Under the pieces are notes generated by a model. It saw only the letters and a program-made list of their open reading frames with translations, was not told the origin of the DNA and made no database searches. The position numbers and the translations under genes are program-made. 24,000 nucleotides of DNA from Winogradskyella sp. 3972H.M.0a.05 (GTDB taxonomy: Bacteria > Bacteroidota > Bacteroidia > Flavobacteriales > Flavobacteriaceae): NCBI RefSeq assembly GCF_040493455.1, contig NZ_JANFDA010000003.1, positions 347,592-371,591 of the forward strand. The letters are read 5' to 3'. Below are positions 8,502 to 17,110 of this stretch, one piece after another (positions within the stretch are counted from its first letter, which is position 1; the number at the start of each line of letters is the position of its first letter).

Positions 8502-9959
8502 TTAGTCTTTTGTGTTTAACAATTTATTTAATTCTGTCTTACTTAAATATTGTCCTCGTTGAACTAGTCCACTTATCGTTAATGTGTTTTCAATGTTTTT
8601 CATTGGGTTCTTGTCAAGGATTAAAATGTTTGCAGTTTTACCTTCTTCAATAGTTCCAAGTTCATCCTCGCGTTCAACATATATAGCAGGATTCAAAGTA
8701 GCCGTTTGCAAAGCTTCCAACTCGGTAAAACCAGCTTTAACAAAAAGGGCTAGTTCATCATGTAATGTAAACCCTGGATATATATTTGGATTACTAGTAT
8801 CTGTCCCTGCTAAAAATTTAGAGCCATTATCCAACATGGGCTTTAAATAAGACATTGTTAGTTCAAAAAAAACTTTCTCAACTTCACTTGATTCTTTACT
8901 AGCTACTAAATAGGATGGTGCTCCATCTTCTGTTATGTCTCCAAACCAGTACTCTTGTTCTTCCTTTGGAATGTATTTTAACCTTGGATCATGCTTAAAA
9001 ATAGAATCAATTTCTTCATTGACAATATAAGATTTCAAAAGTGATAAGGTCGGACAAAACCAAGTGTTCTCTGATTTTGTGATAGTAAGAATATTATCTT
9101 TTAAGTTGCTGTCAAAGGCTTCAAGAAAAGCTTCTGTATACGTATTAATATCTAAATCTTTATGGGTGTTTATAAAAGATTTATAATCAGCAATACCATG
9201 CTCTAATCCTATCGAATGTTCTATGCTCTTTTGGCCAGCTAAGATTCCTTCTTCCGCTGTGACTTGCAATGGAAGGTGTCCTGCAAATTTAAAGTCTAAC
9301 TTCTTGCACTCATCTGCAATGGCCTGATAGGTCTCATAACTGAGGAAATTATAAACCTTTACAAAGTCATATCCTTTCTCATAATATTCCCTTACCAGTT
9401 TGCGGCCTTCTTCGGGATTTGAGGCCACTCTGGCTCCTGGCCAAGTTTCACCTGGCCCATCGGTTATTGGGCTAGAATAAAGAAATTCAAAACCTCTATA
9501 AAATCCATCCTTCCTATTTTTTTTGATGTCTTCGATTCCCTTATCTGAACCATGCATACATCTTAATCCTGTAATTCCTAAAGCAGTGTATCTATCCAGT
9601 ACCCAATCCTTACCCCATAGATGAGCGTGCATGTCCCACAAACCAGGGATGATGTATTTATTACTTGCATCAATTAGGGTGTCAGTAGTCCTTAAGTCCT
9701 TATCGTGGTGGGTGATTTTCAGAATTTTATCCTTATTAATCCAAATGTCACGATGTTCTAGAATTTCTCCTGTTTTTACATCTATGATATTGCCGTTTGA
9801 AACAATTGTATGGTTAACTACAATATCTTCTTGACATGAGAGCCCCAAAAGAAACAATGCTAATATTAATGTTAGTTTAATTTTCACTGATTTTGAAGTA
9901 AGTCCAACGGTTTGTGTATAGTTTTCAATTATAGAAATCACCGAAATAAAGTTAGTCAT
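8502..9959 (-). CDS. Secreted/lipoprotein amidohydrolase (metal-dependent hydrolase, imidazolonepropionase-like)
   Basis: YIIPGLWDMHAHLWG, EFAGHLPLQVTAEEGILAGQKSIEHSIG-type region, FLAGTDTSNPNIYPGFTLHDELALFVKAGFTELEALQTATLNPAIY, GTIEEGKTANILILDKNP. A likely true start is GTG at 9887 (VKIKLTLILALFLLGLSC signal/lipobox). Confidence 0.88.
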   Translation of the reverse strand: MTNFISVISIIENYTQTVGLTSKSVKIKLTLILALFLLGLSCQEDIVVNHTIVSNGNIIDVKTGEILEHRDIWINKDKILKITHHDKDLRTTDTLIDASNKYIIPGLWDMHAHLWGKDWVLDRYTALGITGLRCMHGSDKGIEDIKKNRKDGFYRGFEFLYSSPITDGPGETWPGARVASNPEEGRKLVREYYEKGYDFVKVYNFLSYETYQAIADECKKLDFKFAGHLPLQVTAEEGILAGQKSIEHSIGLEHGIADYKSFINTHKDLDINTYTEAFLEAFDSNLKDNILTITKSENTWFCPTLSLLKSYIVNEEIDSIFKHDPRLKYIPKEEQEYWFGDITEDGAPSYLVASKESSEVEKVFFELTMSYLKPMLDNGSKFLAGTDTSNPNIYPGFTLHDELALFVKAGFTELEALQTATLNPAIYVEREDELGTIEEGKTANILILDKNPMKNIENTLTISGLVQRGQYLSKTELNKLLNTKD

Positions 9960-10033
9960 TTAGTTTTCGCATAAATCACAATGTCCTACTAAATTCATTA
10001 ATACTTTAGTACAGTTTTCGATTTTCGTTCATA

Positions 10034-10166
10034 TTTCGCCCAATGTAATTGTATATACAATATATGCAAATTTATAAGTATAATCCCGCATACTCTAGGT
10101 TCGAAATATAGAAGCCTTTCAGTATTCTGAAAGGCTTCTTTTGCATATAGTGTTTTAGATTGAGCA
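10034..10166. repeat. Long intergenic repeat copy B (includes hairpin copy 2)
   Basis: Alignable by eye, with small indels, to 13432-13557: CAATATATGCAAATTTATAAGTATAATCCCGCATACTCTAGGTTCGAAATATAGAAGCCTTTCAG vs CAATATATATAAATTTATAACTATAATACTGTATGTTTAAGTTTCAAAATATAAAAGCCTTTCAG. Confidence 0.65.
10111..10142. terminator. Intrinsic-terminator-like hairpin, repeat-family copy 2
   Basis: GAAGCCTTTCAG-TATT-CTGAAAGGCTTC followed by TTTT; 12-bp perfect stem. Confidence 0.78.
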
Positions 10167-10204
10167 AGTGACACTAGGAGTTAAGCTTATTATTGTATGA
10201 GGCT

Positions 10205-10909
10205 TTATAGACCATTTTTGCTTTTCCAATTACTCATTGTCGTTGGATGGTTATTATCAGTAGGATAATTCTGATTTATAAAGTCTAGTTGTTTTAATGT
10301 TAGCAGTACAAACATCCCATCATTGCCACAACTAATTGGATAAAACTGTTCGTCCGAATTTTGTCTCTTCAGTTCTGCGTTCAACATTTCTATGAAATTT
10401 ACATAGGCAATTCCCCAATCAAGATCTGAAAATGGTCCATCGAAGGCTATATATTCAATCCCGTTCAGTTCGATCGTATGTTTCCAGTTGTTCTGACCTT
10501 GCAGGCTATTTTCATATGCAAATTCTAATTTCAGGTCAAGTTTTTCAAACGTCGGTTTTACTAGGTTTAAATATTCTGTTAGTCCACCTGTTTCAAAAAG
10601 TTCTTCACAGTCTATCCAATGGAAGCGGTTATCCATAAAATACAATGTTTCTCCACGCGTAGGGCCTTGAAAGAAATTCAAGTCCGTGTATGCTTTCTCA
10701 ATATCAAACTTAACCGTATCCAATTCAGATTCTTTAGTCAAACTGAAATACCCTAACTTTTCTAATTCTGTTACTACTTCTTTTCCGCTTAGTTTCTTTT
10801 GAATTGCTTTCTCTGGATTTTGATTTTTGATTTTAGAAACCGTATTATCTTTTTTGGAATTACAGGCTAAAAATGTGAGAAGCAATATGGTTAGAAAAAT
10901 ATGTTTCAT
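10205..10909 (-). CDS. Hypothetical lipoprotein
   Basis: Start at Met 10909 gives MKHIFLTILLLTFLACNSKKD (signal and lipobox LLTFLAC). The ORF track extends the start to 10948. No family recognised. Confidence 0.7.
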   Translation of the reverse strand: MKHIFLTILLLTFLACNSKKDNTVSKIKNQNPEKAIQKKLSGKEVVTELEKLGYFSLTKESELDTVKFDIEKAYTDLNFFQGPTRGETLYFMDNRFHWIDCEELFETGGLTEYLNLVKPTFEKLDLKLEFAYENSLQGQNNWKHTIELNGIEYIAFDGPFSDLDWGIAYVNFIEMLNAELKRQNSDEQFYPISCGNDGMFVLLTLKQLDFINQNYPTDNNHPTTMSNWKSKNGL

Positions 10910-11009
10910 TGAGTTTTGTAAGATTGTTAACAATGGTTTTAGTATCATTCCGTAGTAACAACCAATTTAGCAAAAAGACTTGATAAACTGTGTTAGAGAT
11001 TCATCTGGA

Positions 11010-11579
11010 TTAGTTATGCATGTTATTAGTTACTGTGATTTTTGTTACAATATTTTTGTAATATTCTAAAATCAACTTACTTGAAAATAATTCAAATTCG
11101 AAATTATATGAATACTTATTGGTCTGTTTTTGTGGAATTCCAAATACTTTTTGAAAATCTTGAATAGTAGAACCAATTTTTAATTCGTTTTTAAACGGAA
11201 AAGACTCTAGGCTAGTCTCAAAATGATATATTTCAAAGCCATTTGTTCCAAAAGTCCAAGTTGAATCCGTTTTGAAGACCGAGGATTTCATCTCTGCTAT
11301 TTTTTCTCCTTTGTGCATGTATTTACAGTCGTAGTATACTCTCACAGAGATTTTTAAATTATAGGGGTTTTGATTTTCACTGGTTTTACATTCAATTTCG
11401 TATTGAAGATTGTTTATTATCAAATTATTTCGTGGGTCTTTAAGAAAATCCTTAACTACAATGGTATCAATTACAATATTCGAGTCTGTGTTCAATCCAT
11501 TTTGACTTTTCTTATAGGTACAATTAATAATACAAGTCAATGTTAATATTAAAGATATTTTTTTAATCAAAGGTGTCAT
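11010..11579 (-). CDS. Hypothetical lipoprotein
   Basis: MTPLIKKISLILTLTCIINCTYKKSQ signal/lipobox-like N terminus; the C-terminal half (FGTNGFEIYHFETSLESFPFKNELKIGSTIQDFQKVFGIPQ) resembles a generic secreted protein. Confidence 0.65.
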   Translation of the reverse strand: MTPLIKKISLILTLTCIINCTYKKSQNGLNTDSNIVIDTIVVKDFLKDPRNNLIINNLQYEIECKTSENQNPYNLKISVRVYYDCKYMHKGEKIAEMKSSVFKTDSTWTFGTNGFEIYHFETSLESFPFKNELKIGSTIQDFQKVFGIPQKQTNKYSYNFEFELFSSKLILEYYKNIVTKITVTNNMHN

Positions 11580-11672
11580 AATTACAGCTAATGGTCCTCA
11601 GTAATAGGTAATTATTTTTTGCTTACAGTATTAAACCACAATGAATTATAACCATTGTTTGTGCATCAGTTT

Positions 11673-11927
11673 TTATTTGTCATACCAGGAGTAAACTAAC
11701 TCGGTTATTTCTTCGACATTATTTTCACTAATAGTAAGTCCATAAGTTGTAATTAATTCACTCGATATTACTCTTTTAATTTTCTCCAAGTCGTAACCAT
11801 TTTGTAGGTCAAGAATTAGTTTTCTACTCAACTTTTTAAAAGAATGACTGTCGCCAGATAGCATAATGTCCGTCTGATATATGATTTTACTTAGTGCATT
11901 AATATTTTGTTCGTCAAGAATTTTCAC
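11673..11927 (-). CDS. Hypothetical small protein (84 aa)
   Basis: Intact ORF MKILDEQNINALSKIIYQTDIMLSGDS...; in line with the neighbouring minus-strand genes. No family recognised. Confidence 0.5.
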   Translation of the reverse strand: MKILDEQNINALSKIIYQTDIMLSGDSHSFKKLSRKLILDLQNGYDLEKIKRVISSELITTYGLTISENNVEEITELVYSWYDK

Positions 11928-11960
11928 TTAGTTTCTTTATGTAGTTATAAAAACTTAATG

Positions 11961-12437
11961 TTATTCTGGAATAGGATCTCCTTCTCCAGGTTTTAAAATT
12001 GAAAACGCCCAATCGGTAGATTTTGGAACATTTAATTTATCGAGCCACTCTCCACCTAATCCAGCAACTTGTATTTTATTATCAATTACTTCTAACCCTT
12101 CTGTTTCTCCAAAGAAGAATTGAATTCCGTTGTCGAGCGCAACACCCATTGTGTCTGGTATTTTAAATACATAACTTTCGTTTGGCTTAATTATCACTTT
12201 TTCATTTGCACTAATTGAATTTGCAGTTTCATTGAAAATAAAAATGTTATATACTTTCCCTGTCGCATTATATGTTTCAGGTTTGATAGTTTCTCCGCTA
12301 TAATTTGGATTAATATAAACCTTATTATTTTGTGTTTCTTCGCTCTCGTTCTGCTTATTTTCCATTTTTGATTTACATTGGAAAAAGAAAATTGTGACAA
12401 GAGCCGATATGTATACTAAATGTTTTCTGTTTTTCAT
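11961..12437 (-). CDS. Hypothetical lipoprotein
   Basis: MKNRKHLVYISALVTIFFFQCKSKMENKQ lipobox-like N terminus; no family recognised. Confidence 0.65.
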   Translation of the reverse strand: MKNRKHLVYISALVTIFFFQCKSKMENKQNESEETQNNKVYINPNYSGETIKPETYNATGKVYNIFIFNETANSISANEKVIIKPNESYVFKIPDTMGVALDNGIQFFFGETEGLEVIDNKIQVAGLGGEWLDKLNVPKSTDWAFSILKPGEGDPIPE

Positions 12438-12477
12438 TTTTTAATTACGTAGAATGGTCTCAAATAAGAACAGTGAT

Positions 12478-13413
12478 TTAAGACCACAGTTTTTTCCACC
12501 AAGATTTACTTTTGTTATTACTACTGTTTTCTAATTTACCACTTGCCTTATCATTGTTTTCAGGAATTATTTGCAGCTGGCTTTTTTCTTTATTCTCAAA
12601 TTGGCTCAATAATTTATCTTCCTCATCTAGTTTGTCATATGCGTCAGCCTCAGTTAAGTGTCCATCTTGATCACTAATTCTGGTCAATTCTTTTCCTTGT
12701 CTGAAGACCAATTGGAGTCCATGTTCTTGTTCCCATTCACATTCACAAGTTACATTAACATAAATGTCTTCATCTCTTCGGTGTCTTCTAGTTACATATA
12801 TATCTTGGGCGTAAATAAAATTCCATATTTTATTTTTCTCTTTGATATCCCAAAGTGGTTGGTCAGCTTCATCATATCCAATAGCATTTAGGAATTCCAT
12901 ACAATTCTGATATGCAAGTTCACTGAGCTTTAGCCTGTCATTAGTTTTCTTTTCCAAGAATAACTTTAAAGCTTTATCAGCCTCATCTATAAATCTCGAG
13001 TCGTTTTCGAGAATCAAGTCCATAAATGTGATTTTCAGTTTTTTATGGTCAAAGAATGGGATTTCTATAGGTTCACTTTCCCACCAATCATCGAATTGAT
13101 CATTTTGGAACAGAGTTCCAATTACTTCACTTGTTATAAAATTTCTTGAGTTAGATTCCCATTCGTTCTCAAAATCAGTTTTTGAGATTTCAAACTCATT
13201 AAATTCTTCTAAATCCAATTCTTGATCACCTAAACCTCCATACTTGTCTTCAGTATTGTTTTTACTATATTTTAAAATAACTCCATTATCATATTTTTCG
13301 ATCTGTCGTAATGGGAAACCTGTCTCATCTGTTTCAAAAAAAAATGTAGAAAAGCCCCAATCATTAAATTGATCACCCCTTTTTTCGGTCCATTTTCTCT
13401 TGAAGTATTTCAT
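12478..13413 (-). CDS. Hypothetical protein, possibly immunity-like (two-part architecture, tentative DUF6881/DUF6985-like segments)
   Basis: N-terminal MKYFKRKWTEKRGDQFNDWGFSTFFFETDETGFPLRQIEKYDNGVILKYS; C-terminal VNVTCECEWEQEHGLQLVFRQGKELTRISDQDGHLTE. The family names are from memory and unconfirmed. Confidence 0.55.
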   Translation of the reverse strand: MKYFKRKWTEKRGDQFNDWGFSTFFFETDETGFPLRQIEKYDNGVILKYSKNNTEDKYGGLGDQELDLEEFNEFEISKTDFENEWESNSRNFITSEVIGTLFQNDQFDDWWESEPIEIPFFDHKKLKITFMDLILENDSRFIDEADKALKLFLEKKTNDRLKLSELAYQNCMEFLNAIGYDEADQPLWDIKEKNKIWNFIYAQDIYVTRRHRRDEDIYVNVTCECEWEQEHGLQLVFRQGKELTRISDQDGHLTEADAYDKLDEEDKLLSQFENKEKSQLQIIPENNDKASGKLENSSNNKSKSWWKKLWS

Positions 13414-13431
13414 AAGTTATTATTTTCCTAG

Positions 13432-13557
13432 GTTTGCTCCCAAGGTATATGCATTCGCAATATATATAAATTTATAACTATAATACTGTATGTTTAAGTT
13501 TCAAAATATAAAAGCCTTTCAGGTAACTGAAAGGCTTAGTTGTTTTTATAGTAAAGC
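13432..13557. repeat. Long intergenic repeat copy A (includes hairpin copy 3)
   Basis: See the alignment given for 10034-10166. Confidence 0.65.
13512..13537. terminator. Terminator-like hairpin, repeat-family copy 3
   Basis: AAGCCTTTCAG-GTAA-CTGAAAGGCTT. Confidence 0.7.
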
Positions 13558-13563
13558 TTAATG

Positions 13564-14094
13564 CTATTCTGATTTTTCATACGCTTCTTTTAGCCATTCT
13601 ATAAGTTCAGTGTCTACATCTTCTACAGTATTTAATCGCACTCTATGCGTACACATAGAACCAAATGGACCCGAATTCTCAAGACGCTCAGTAAGGGCTT
13701 TTCCTTTTAGCTTTAAACCTAAATCGATGCGTGTTTTGGTTGCAGGTTTTATTAATGCAAATTGTCGTTTTCTAATACAGCTCACACTATCTTTTTTTGG
13801 AGTGACTGTGATATCATTTCCAAACTCATTAATTTGTTCTAGAAGCTTTTCGTAAATCGGCTTTAAGTGTTCTTTTCCTTTGTATTGGTTGGTTAATAGG
13901 CTTTCATCATCTATAGAACCAGCATCCGATTTTCTGGCTTTTAGAGATACAAAATTTGCGTATCCGTGAGTGAAACCATGTTCAGATTTTAAAAAGTCTA
14001 CAATAGCTTTGTGCTTTTCAATCTTTGACGCTTTTACAACGTTTATCCAGTGATCTATTGGTTTTCCAGTTTTTTCAAGTATTCCTTTTTCCAT
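13564..14094 (-). CDS. DUF4287/DUF5655 domain protein
   Basis: GKPIDHWINVVKASKIEKHKAIVDFLKSEHGFTHGYANFVSLKARKSDA (DUF4287-like) and FALIKPATKTRIDLGLKLKG (DUF5655-like). Confidence 0.75.
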   Translation of the reverse strand: MEKGILEKTGKPIDHWINVVKASKIEKHKAIVDFLKSEHGFTHGYANFVSLKARKSDAGSIDDESLLTNQYKGKEHLKPIYEKLLEQINEFGNDITVTPKKDSVSCIRKRQFALIKPATKTRIDLGLKLKGKALTERLENSGPFGSMCTHRVRLNTVEDVDTELIEWLKEAYEKSE

Positions 14095-14106
14095 TGTTTT
14101 ATGTTT

Positions 14107-14517
14107 TTACCAGGCACCAAGTATAGCGCCCATTAGTGTTAATGCTACGATGCAGTATCCTGCATTTATTATATATGCTTTTAGTGATTTCATTTCAAAT
14201 AGGTATAGTATTCCGAGCATTGTGGCTACCCAACCAAAACCTGTAAAGAAACCAGCTAGAGTTCCAAATGTTACATCTGCCTCAGATCCAATGAACATTT
14301 CTAAAATCAATGCTGCAATACATGCGAGGAGTAAGGAGAGTCCAAAAGTTTTTGGGACACTTCTCTTTTTTAAATCTTCTTCGGTAACACCAAATTCGGT
14401 CATCCAGCCTTTCCCAAATAGTGGTCCATACCAGATGCCTCCAATTAAAAATGATGACACCGCAGCTACTATAACCGAAAGCCAGTTAATGTTTTCTACT
14501 GCTGTTGCTAAATCCAT
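14107..14517 (-). CDS. DUF1761-like integral membrane protein
   Basis: NWLSVIVAAVSSFLIGGIWYGPLFGKGWM and four predicted hydrophobic segments. Confidence 0.75.
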   Translation of the reverse strand: MDLATAVENINWLSVIVAAVSSFLIGGIWYGPLFGKGWMTEFGVTEEDLKKRSVPKTFGLSLLLACIAALILEMFIGSEADVTFGTLAGFFTGFGWVATMLGILYLFEMKSLKAYIINAGYCIVALTLMGAILGAW

Positions 14518-14582
14518 AAATCATAATGTTTTAAATTAAAGTACAAGTCTACTTTAATCTAATTTTACTGGATAGTAAAAAA

Positions 14583-15416
14583 TTAACCTTGCCTGTCTAA
14601 GGGGAAGAAATTCTTCTCTTCATCGTTATGAAAGTTCTGTTGTATGAACTTTTGAGGGTTTATTCCCGAGAAGTGTTTGAACTCTTTTATAAAGTGTGAT
14701 TGATCTGCATATTCGCATAGATAAGCAACTTGTGACCATTCAATCTTTTCTGTTTGATGAATTTGTTGTAGAATTTCATTAAATCGTAGAATTCTCTGGT
14801 AATATTTTGGCGTTAAGCCTACATATTTTTTGAATTGATCTATGAGATGCTTTTGCGTTTTTGAATAGTCTTGAATGATCTTATGATAGTTTGCGACAGA
14901 CTCGGTTTGCAATTTTTCTAAGACACCCAATAATTCAGTAGGAGGAATTCGATCTTCTTGAAATCTATTAGCAAGCCAATTCTCAGCTACTTCAAATTTT
15001 TCTTCTGAGGTTGCCTTAACTAAGATATCTTCTCTTAGTGTCAAGATTTCGGTTCCAAATACCTGTTCTGCTGGGACTACTTTGTCATTTAGTTCTTGAA
15101 TAGGAACATGGAAAAACGGATAGGCTCCATAGGGTTTAAACTGAATGACGAACATTTCGGATTTTTGGTGCGCAGAAATTGAAATGTAATTTTTGTGCAT
15201 TCCAGACACCCAAACTTTTGTAAATGTATTGTTCGGTTTCAGGGTTTCATTATCAAAGGTATTTCGAACAAAACCATCTAATTCAAAGATGATGAAGATA
15301 TGCCCTGTTGGCACTACACGTTCAATAGAATGATCTGGAACAAAGTCTTTAAAATGAAAAATGGATTCAATGTAGTTGCTTATAGTTCCTTTTATGTCAT
15401 GTGTTTTAAAAATCAT
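14583..15416 (-). CDS. AraC-family transcriptional regulator
   Basis: C-terminal FKKYVGLTPKYYQRILRFNEILQQIHQ...WSQVAYLCEYADQSHFIKEFKHFSGINPQKF (AraC HTH). Confidence 0.9.
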   Translation of the reverse strand: MIFKTHDIKGTISNYIESIFHFKDFVPDHSIERVVPTGHIFIIFELDGFVRNTFDNETLKPNNTFTKVWVSGMHKNYISISAHQKSEMFVIQFKPYGAYPFFHVPIQELNDKVVPAEQVFGTEILTLREDILVKATSEEKFEVAENWLANRFQEDRIPPTELLGVLEKLQTESVANYHKIIQDYSKTQKHLIDQFKKYVGLTPKYYQRILRFNEILQQIHQTEKIEWSQVAYLCEYADQSHFIKEFKHFSGINPQKFIQQNFHNDEEKNFFPLDRQG

Positions 15417-15437
15417 TAGCTGTATTCAGTTTGAGTT

Positions 15438-15932
15438 CTATTGATTCACAAAAGTTTCGTTTAGCACAGTTGTTTCTCTTAAGTCAACGTTCTGTTCGAT
15501 TACAGATTTTAGGTTGGTGAGAAAGAACACCCAACATACGCAGCAATTTATAAATGAAAATTCATTTTCTGCTGTTGGATTTAAGTTTTTCTGATGTAGA
15601 TGCAAAATAGTACTGCCGGATTCATGTCTTTCTAAACTGAATAGAACTGTAAAATCTTTACCAAACGTAAATTCGAAATAGGAGTCATTCTCAGAAGCAA
15701 TAATTTCACCTTCAATTTGAAAATCCTTTTGCCATTTCCATAGATATGCTGTTCCGCTTGAAGGTACTTCGGTAGCGCTTAGTTGCTCATTTTGGCTTGA
15801 AAACTTTACGTTTCCAAGAAACCAAGATTCCAATCCTTGAGCAGTCGCTACACATTGATAAACATCTTTAATTGTTGTATGTAGCAATATTTTGTGGCTG
15901 AATTCACTTTTTGAAAAATCTTCTTGCCTCAT
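15438..15932 (-). CDS. SRPBCC / AHSA1-like (START-domain) protein
   Basis: KILLHTTIKDVYQCVATAQGLESWFLGNVKF, WKWQKDFQIEGEIIASENDSYFEFTF, GSTILHLHQ. Confidence 0.82.
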   Translation of the reverse strand: MRQEDFSKSEFSHKILLHTTIKDVYQCVATAQGLESWFLGNVKFSSQNEQLSATEVPSSGTAYLWKWQKDFQIEGEIIASENDSYFEFTFGKDFTVLFSLERHESGSTILHLHQKNLNPTAENEFSFINCCVCWVFFLTNLKSVIEQNVDLRETTVLNETFVNQ

Positions 15933-16471
15933 AATAAACCCGCTTTAAATTTTAGTTTTAGAGGTTTTAAACACCCTGGTAAATCCATAGCTCGTCTCCA
16001 AACGGTTAGCTGCGAAATGTGATTGGTTTCGTGCCAGGCAGCCATAAAGTGGATGACTTCAAGTTTGGTAGGAAAAACGGTATCAAAAGACCAGTTCATC
16101 TTTTCCTGAAGAAACTCTTCACTACGATCGTTGAGCAAATCGATTTGTCTTTTGTGGCTTTCCAGATACTTTTTTAATAGCGCTTCTTTGGTAGGGTATA
16201 GGGTTTCGTCTGCTTGTGGAGTTCTAGGATCTCCAGGACCTGTTCTTCTAAAAACCTTAATCCACGCTTCTGGAGTTGTATTCTTATCACCTAATATTTC
16301 GCATGACATTTCTGAAGCATCATAAAGATGTCCAATAGTCCATGCTGGATGATTTTCTATGCCTTTAGATGGAATGATTGACATTTGACTATCTGGAACA
16401 TCTTCGACCAATAATTTTAGGTGTTCTTCATTTAAGCGTAAAGACTTTTTTATTAATTCTATTGGATTCAT
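15929..16471 (-). CDS. DinB-superfamily protein
   Basis: GIENHPAWTIGHLYDASE and HFMAAWHETNHISQLTVWRRAMDLP: spaced histidines of the DinB/YfiT metal site. Confidence 0.85.
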   Translation of the reverse strand: MNPIELIKKSLRLNEEHLKLLVEDVPDSQMSIIPSKGIENHPAWTIGHLYDASEMSCEILGDKNTTPEAWIKVFRRTGPGDPRTPQADETLYPTKEALLKKYLESHKRQIDLLNDRSEEFLQEKMNWSFDTVFPTKLEVIHFMAAWHETNHISQLTVWRRAMDLPGCLKPLKLKFKAGLL

Positions 16472-16496
16472 AAGATCTTAGCTGCAAATTGAGTAG

Positions 16497-17000
16497 TTAC
16501 TTATTTTCAAAATAAAAGTCTGTCCACATAGACCTCCAGATTTTCCAGGAATCATCTGATTGTTTCTTGTAGATTGTAGTATTAATGCCTTTTTGAAGCA
16601 TTCCGAAACGGATAGTATCTTTTTGATAAGTCCAGTCGAGTATTGAGTTATGAGTAGAAATAGCCAAGGTATCTAATACTTTCAAACTAATGATTTCGGT
16701 TTGAAAATCGTGAACTGTGGTTACCGAACTATCCTTTGGAAACCAAAACTTTTGTATTTCAGATTTTCCTTCAACAGGACTTAAACCACTTGGTTGTATA
16801 CGTGCGTCTTCTTCTAGAAGATTTAGTATTTTATCTTCATCCATTTGCAACCATCCATCGACATAGTCTTTATGAACTTGTATTATGGCTTGCTCTTCTT
16901 TGTCAATTGACTCTTTTGATTGTTCTTTATTACAACCAACACACAAGCATAATATAAATAATGATAAAAAAATATTTGAGAAGATTCTATCTATTTTCAT
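16497..17000 (-). CDS. SnoaL/DUF4440-like (NTF2 fold) lipoprotein
   Basis: MKIDRIFSNIFLSLFILCLCVGCNKEQ lipobox; VHKDYVDGWLQMDEDKILNLLEEDARIQPSGLSPVEGKSEIQKFW. Confidence 0.75.
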   Translation of the reverse strand: MKIDRIFSNIFLSLFILCLCVGCNKEQSKESIDKEEQAIIQVHKDYVDGWLQMDEDKILNLLEEDARIQPSGLSPVEGKSEIQKFWFPKDSSVTTVHDFQTEIISLKVLDTLAISTHNSILDWTYQKDTIRFGMLQKGINTTIYKKQSDDSWKIWRSMWTDFYFENK

Positions 17001-17110
17001 GTTTATTAATATGAGTTTAAGTATTTGAATACCATTTAAGCGTATGCTCTAATATAGTAAATATGTAGAAGTATTCATTAGAGGGTTTTTAGAGGATTAA
17101 ATAACAAAAA

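Noticed and set aside
8310-8519. 69-aa ORF MVVVAQLVRAPDCGSGGRRFETDLPPK...
   Set aside because: It translates the tRNA-His gene and the terminator hairpin; a classic tRNA-derived spurious ORF.
10100-10122. GGTTCGAAATATAG next to hairpin copy 2 as a remnant tRNA T-loop (att-like site)
   Set aside because: GGTTCGA matches a T-loop by only 7 bp, no acceptor sequence follows, and repeat copy A has AGTTTCAAAATATA at the same aligned position. It is better explained as repeat divergence.
10034-13557. Integron attC-like interpretation of the long intergenic repeats
   Set aside because: No clear RYYYAAC/GTTRRRY core pair flanking the hairpin, no integron integrase in the window, and the second unit holds several genes rather than one.
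10205-14094. Phage or transposon insertion explaining the accessory region
   Set aside because: No integrase, transposase, terminal inverted repeats, capsid or replication genes are visible, and no precise duplication of the tRNA-His 3' end was found.
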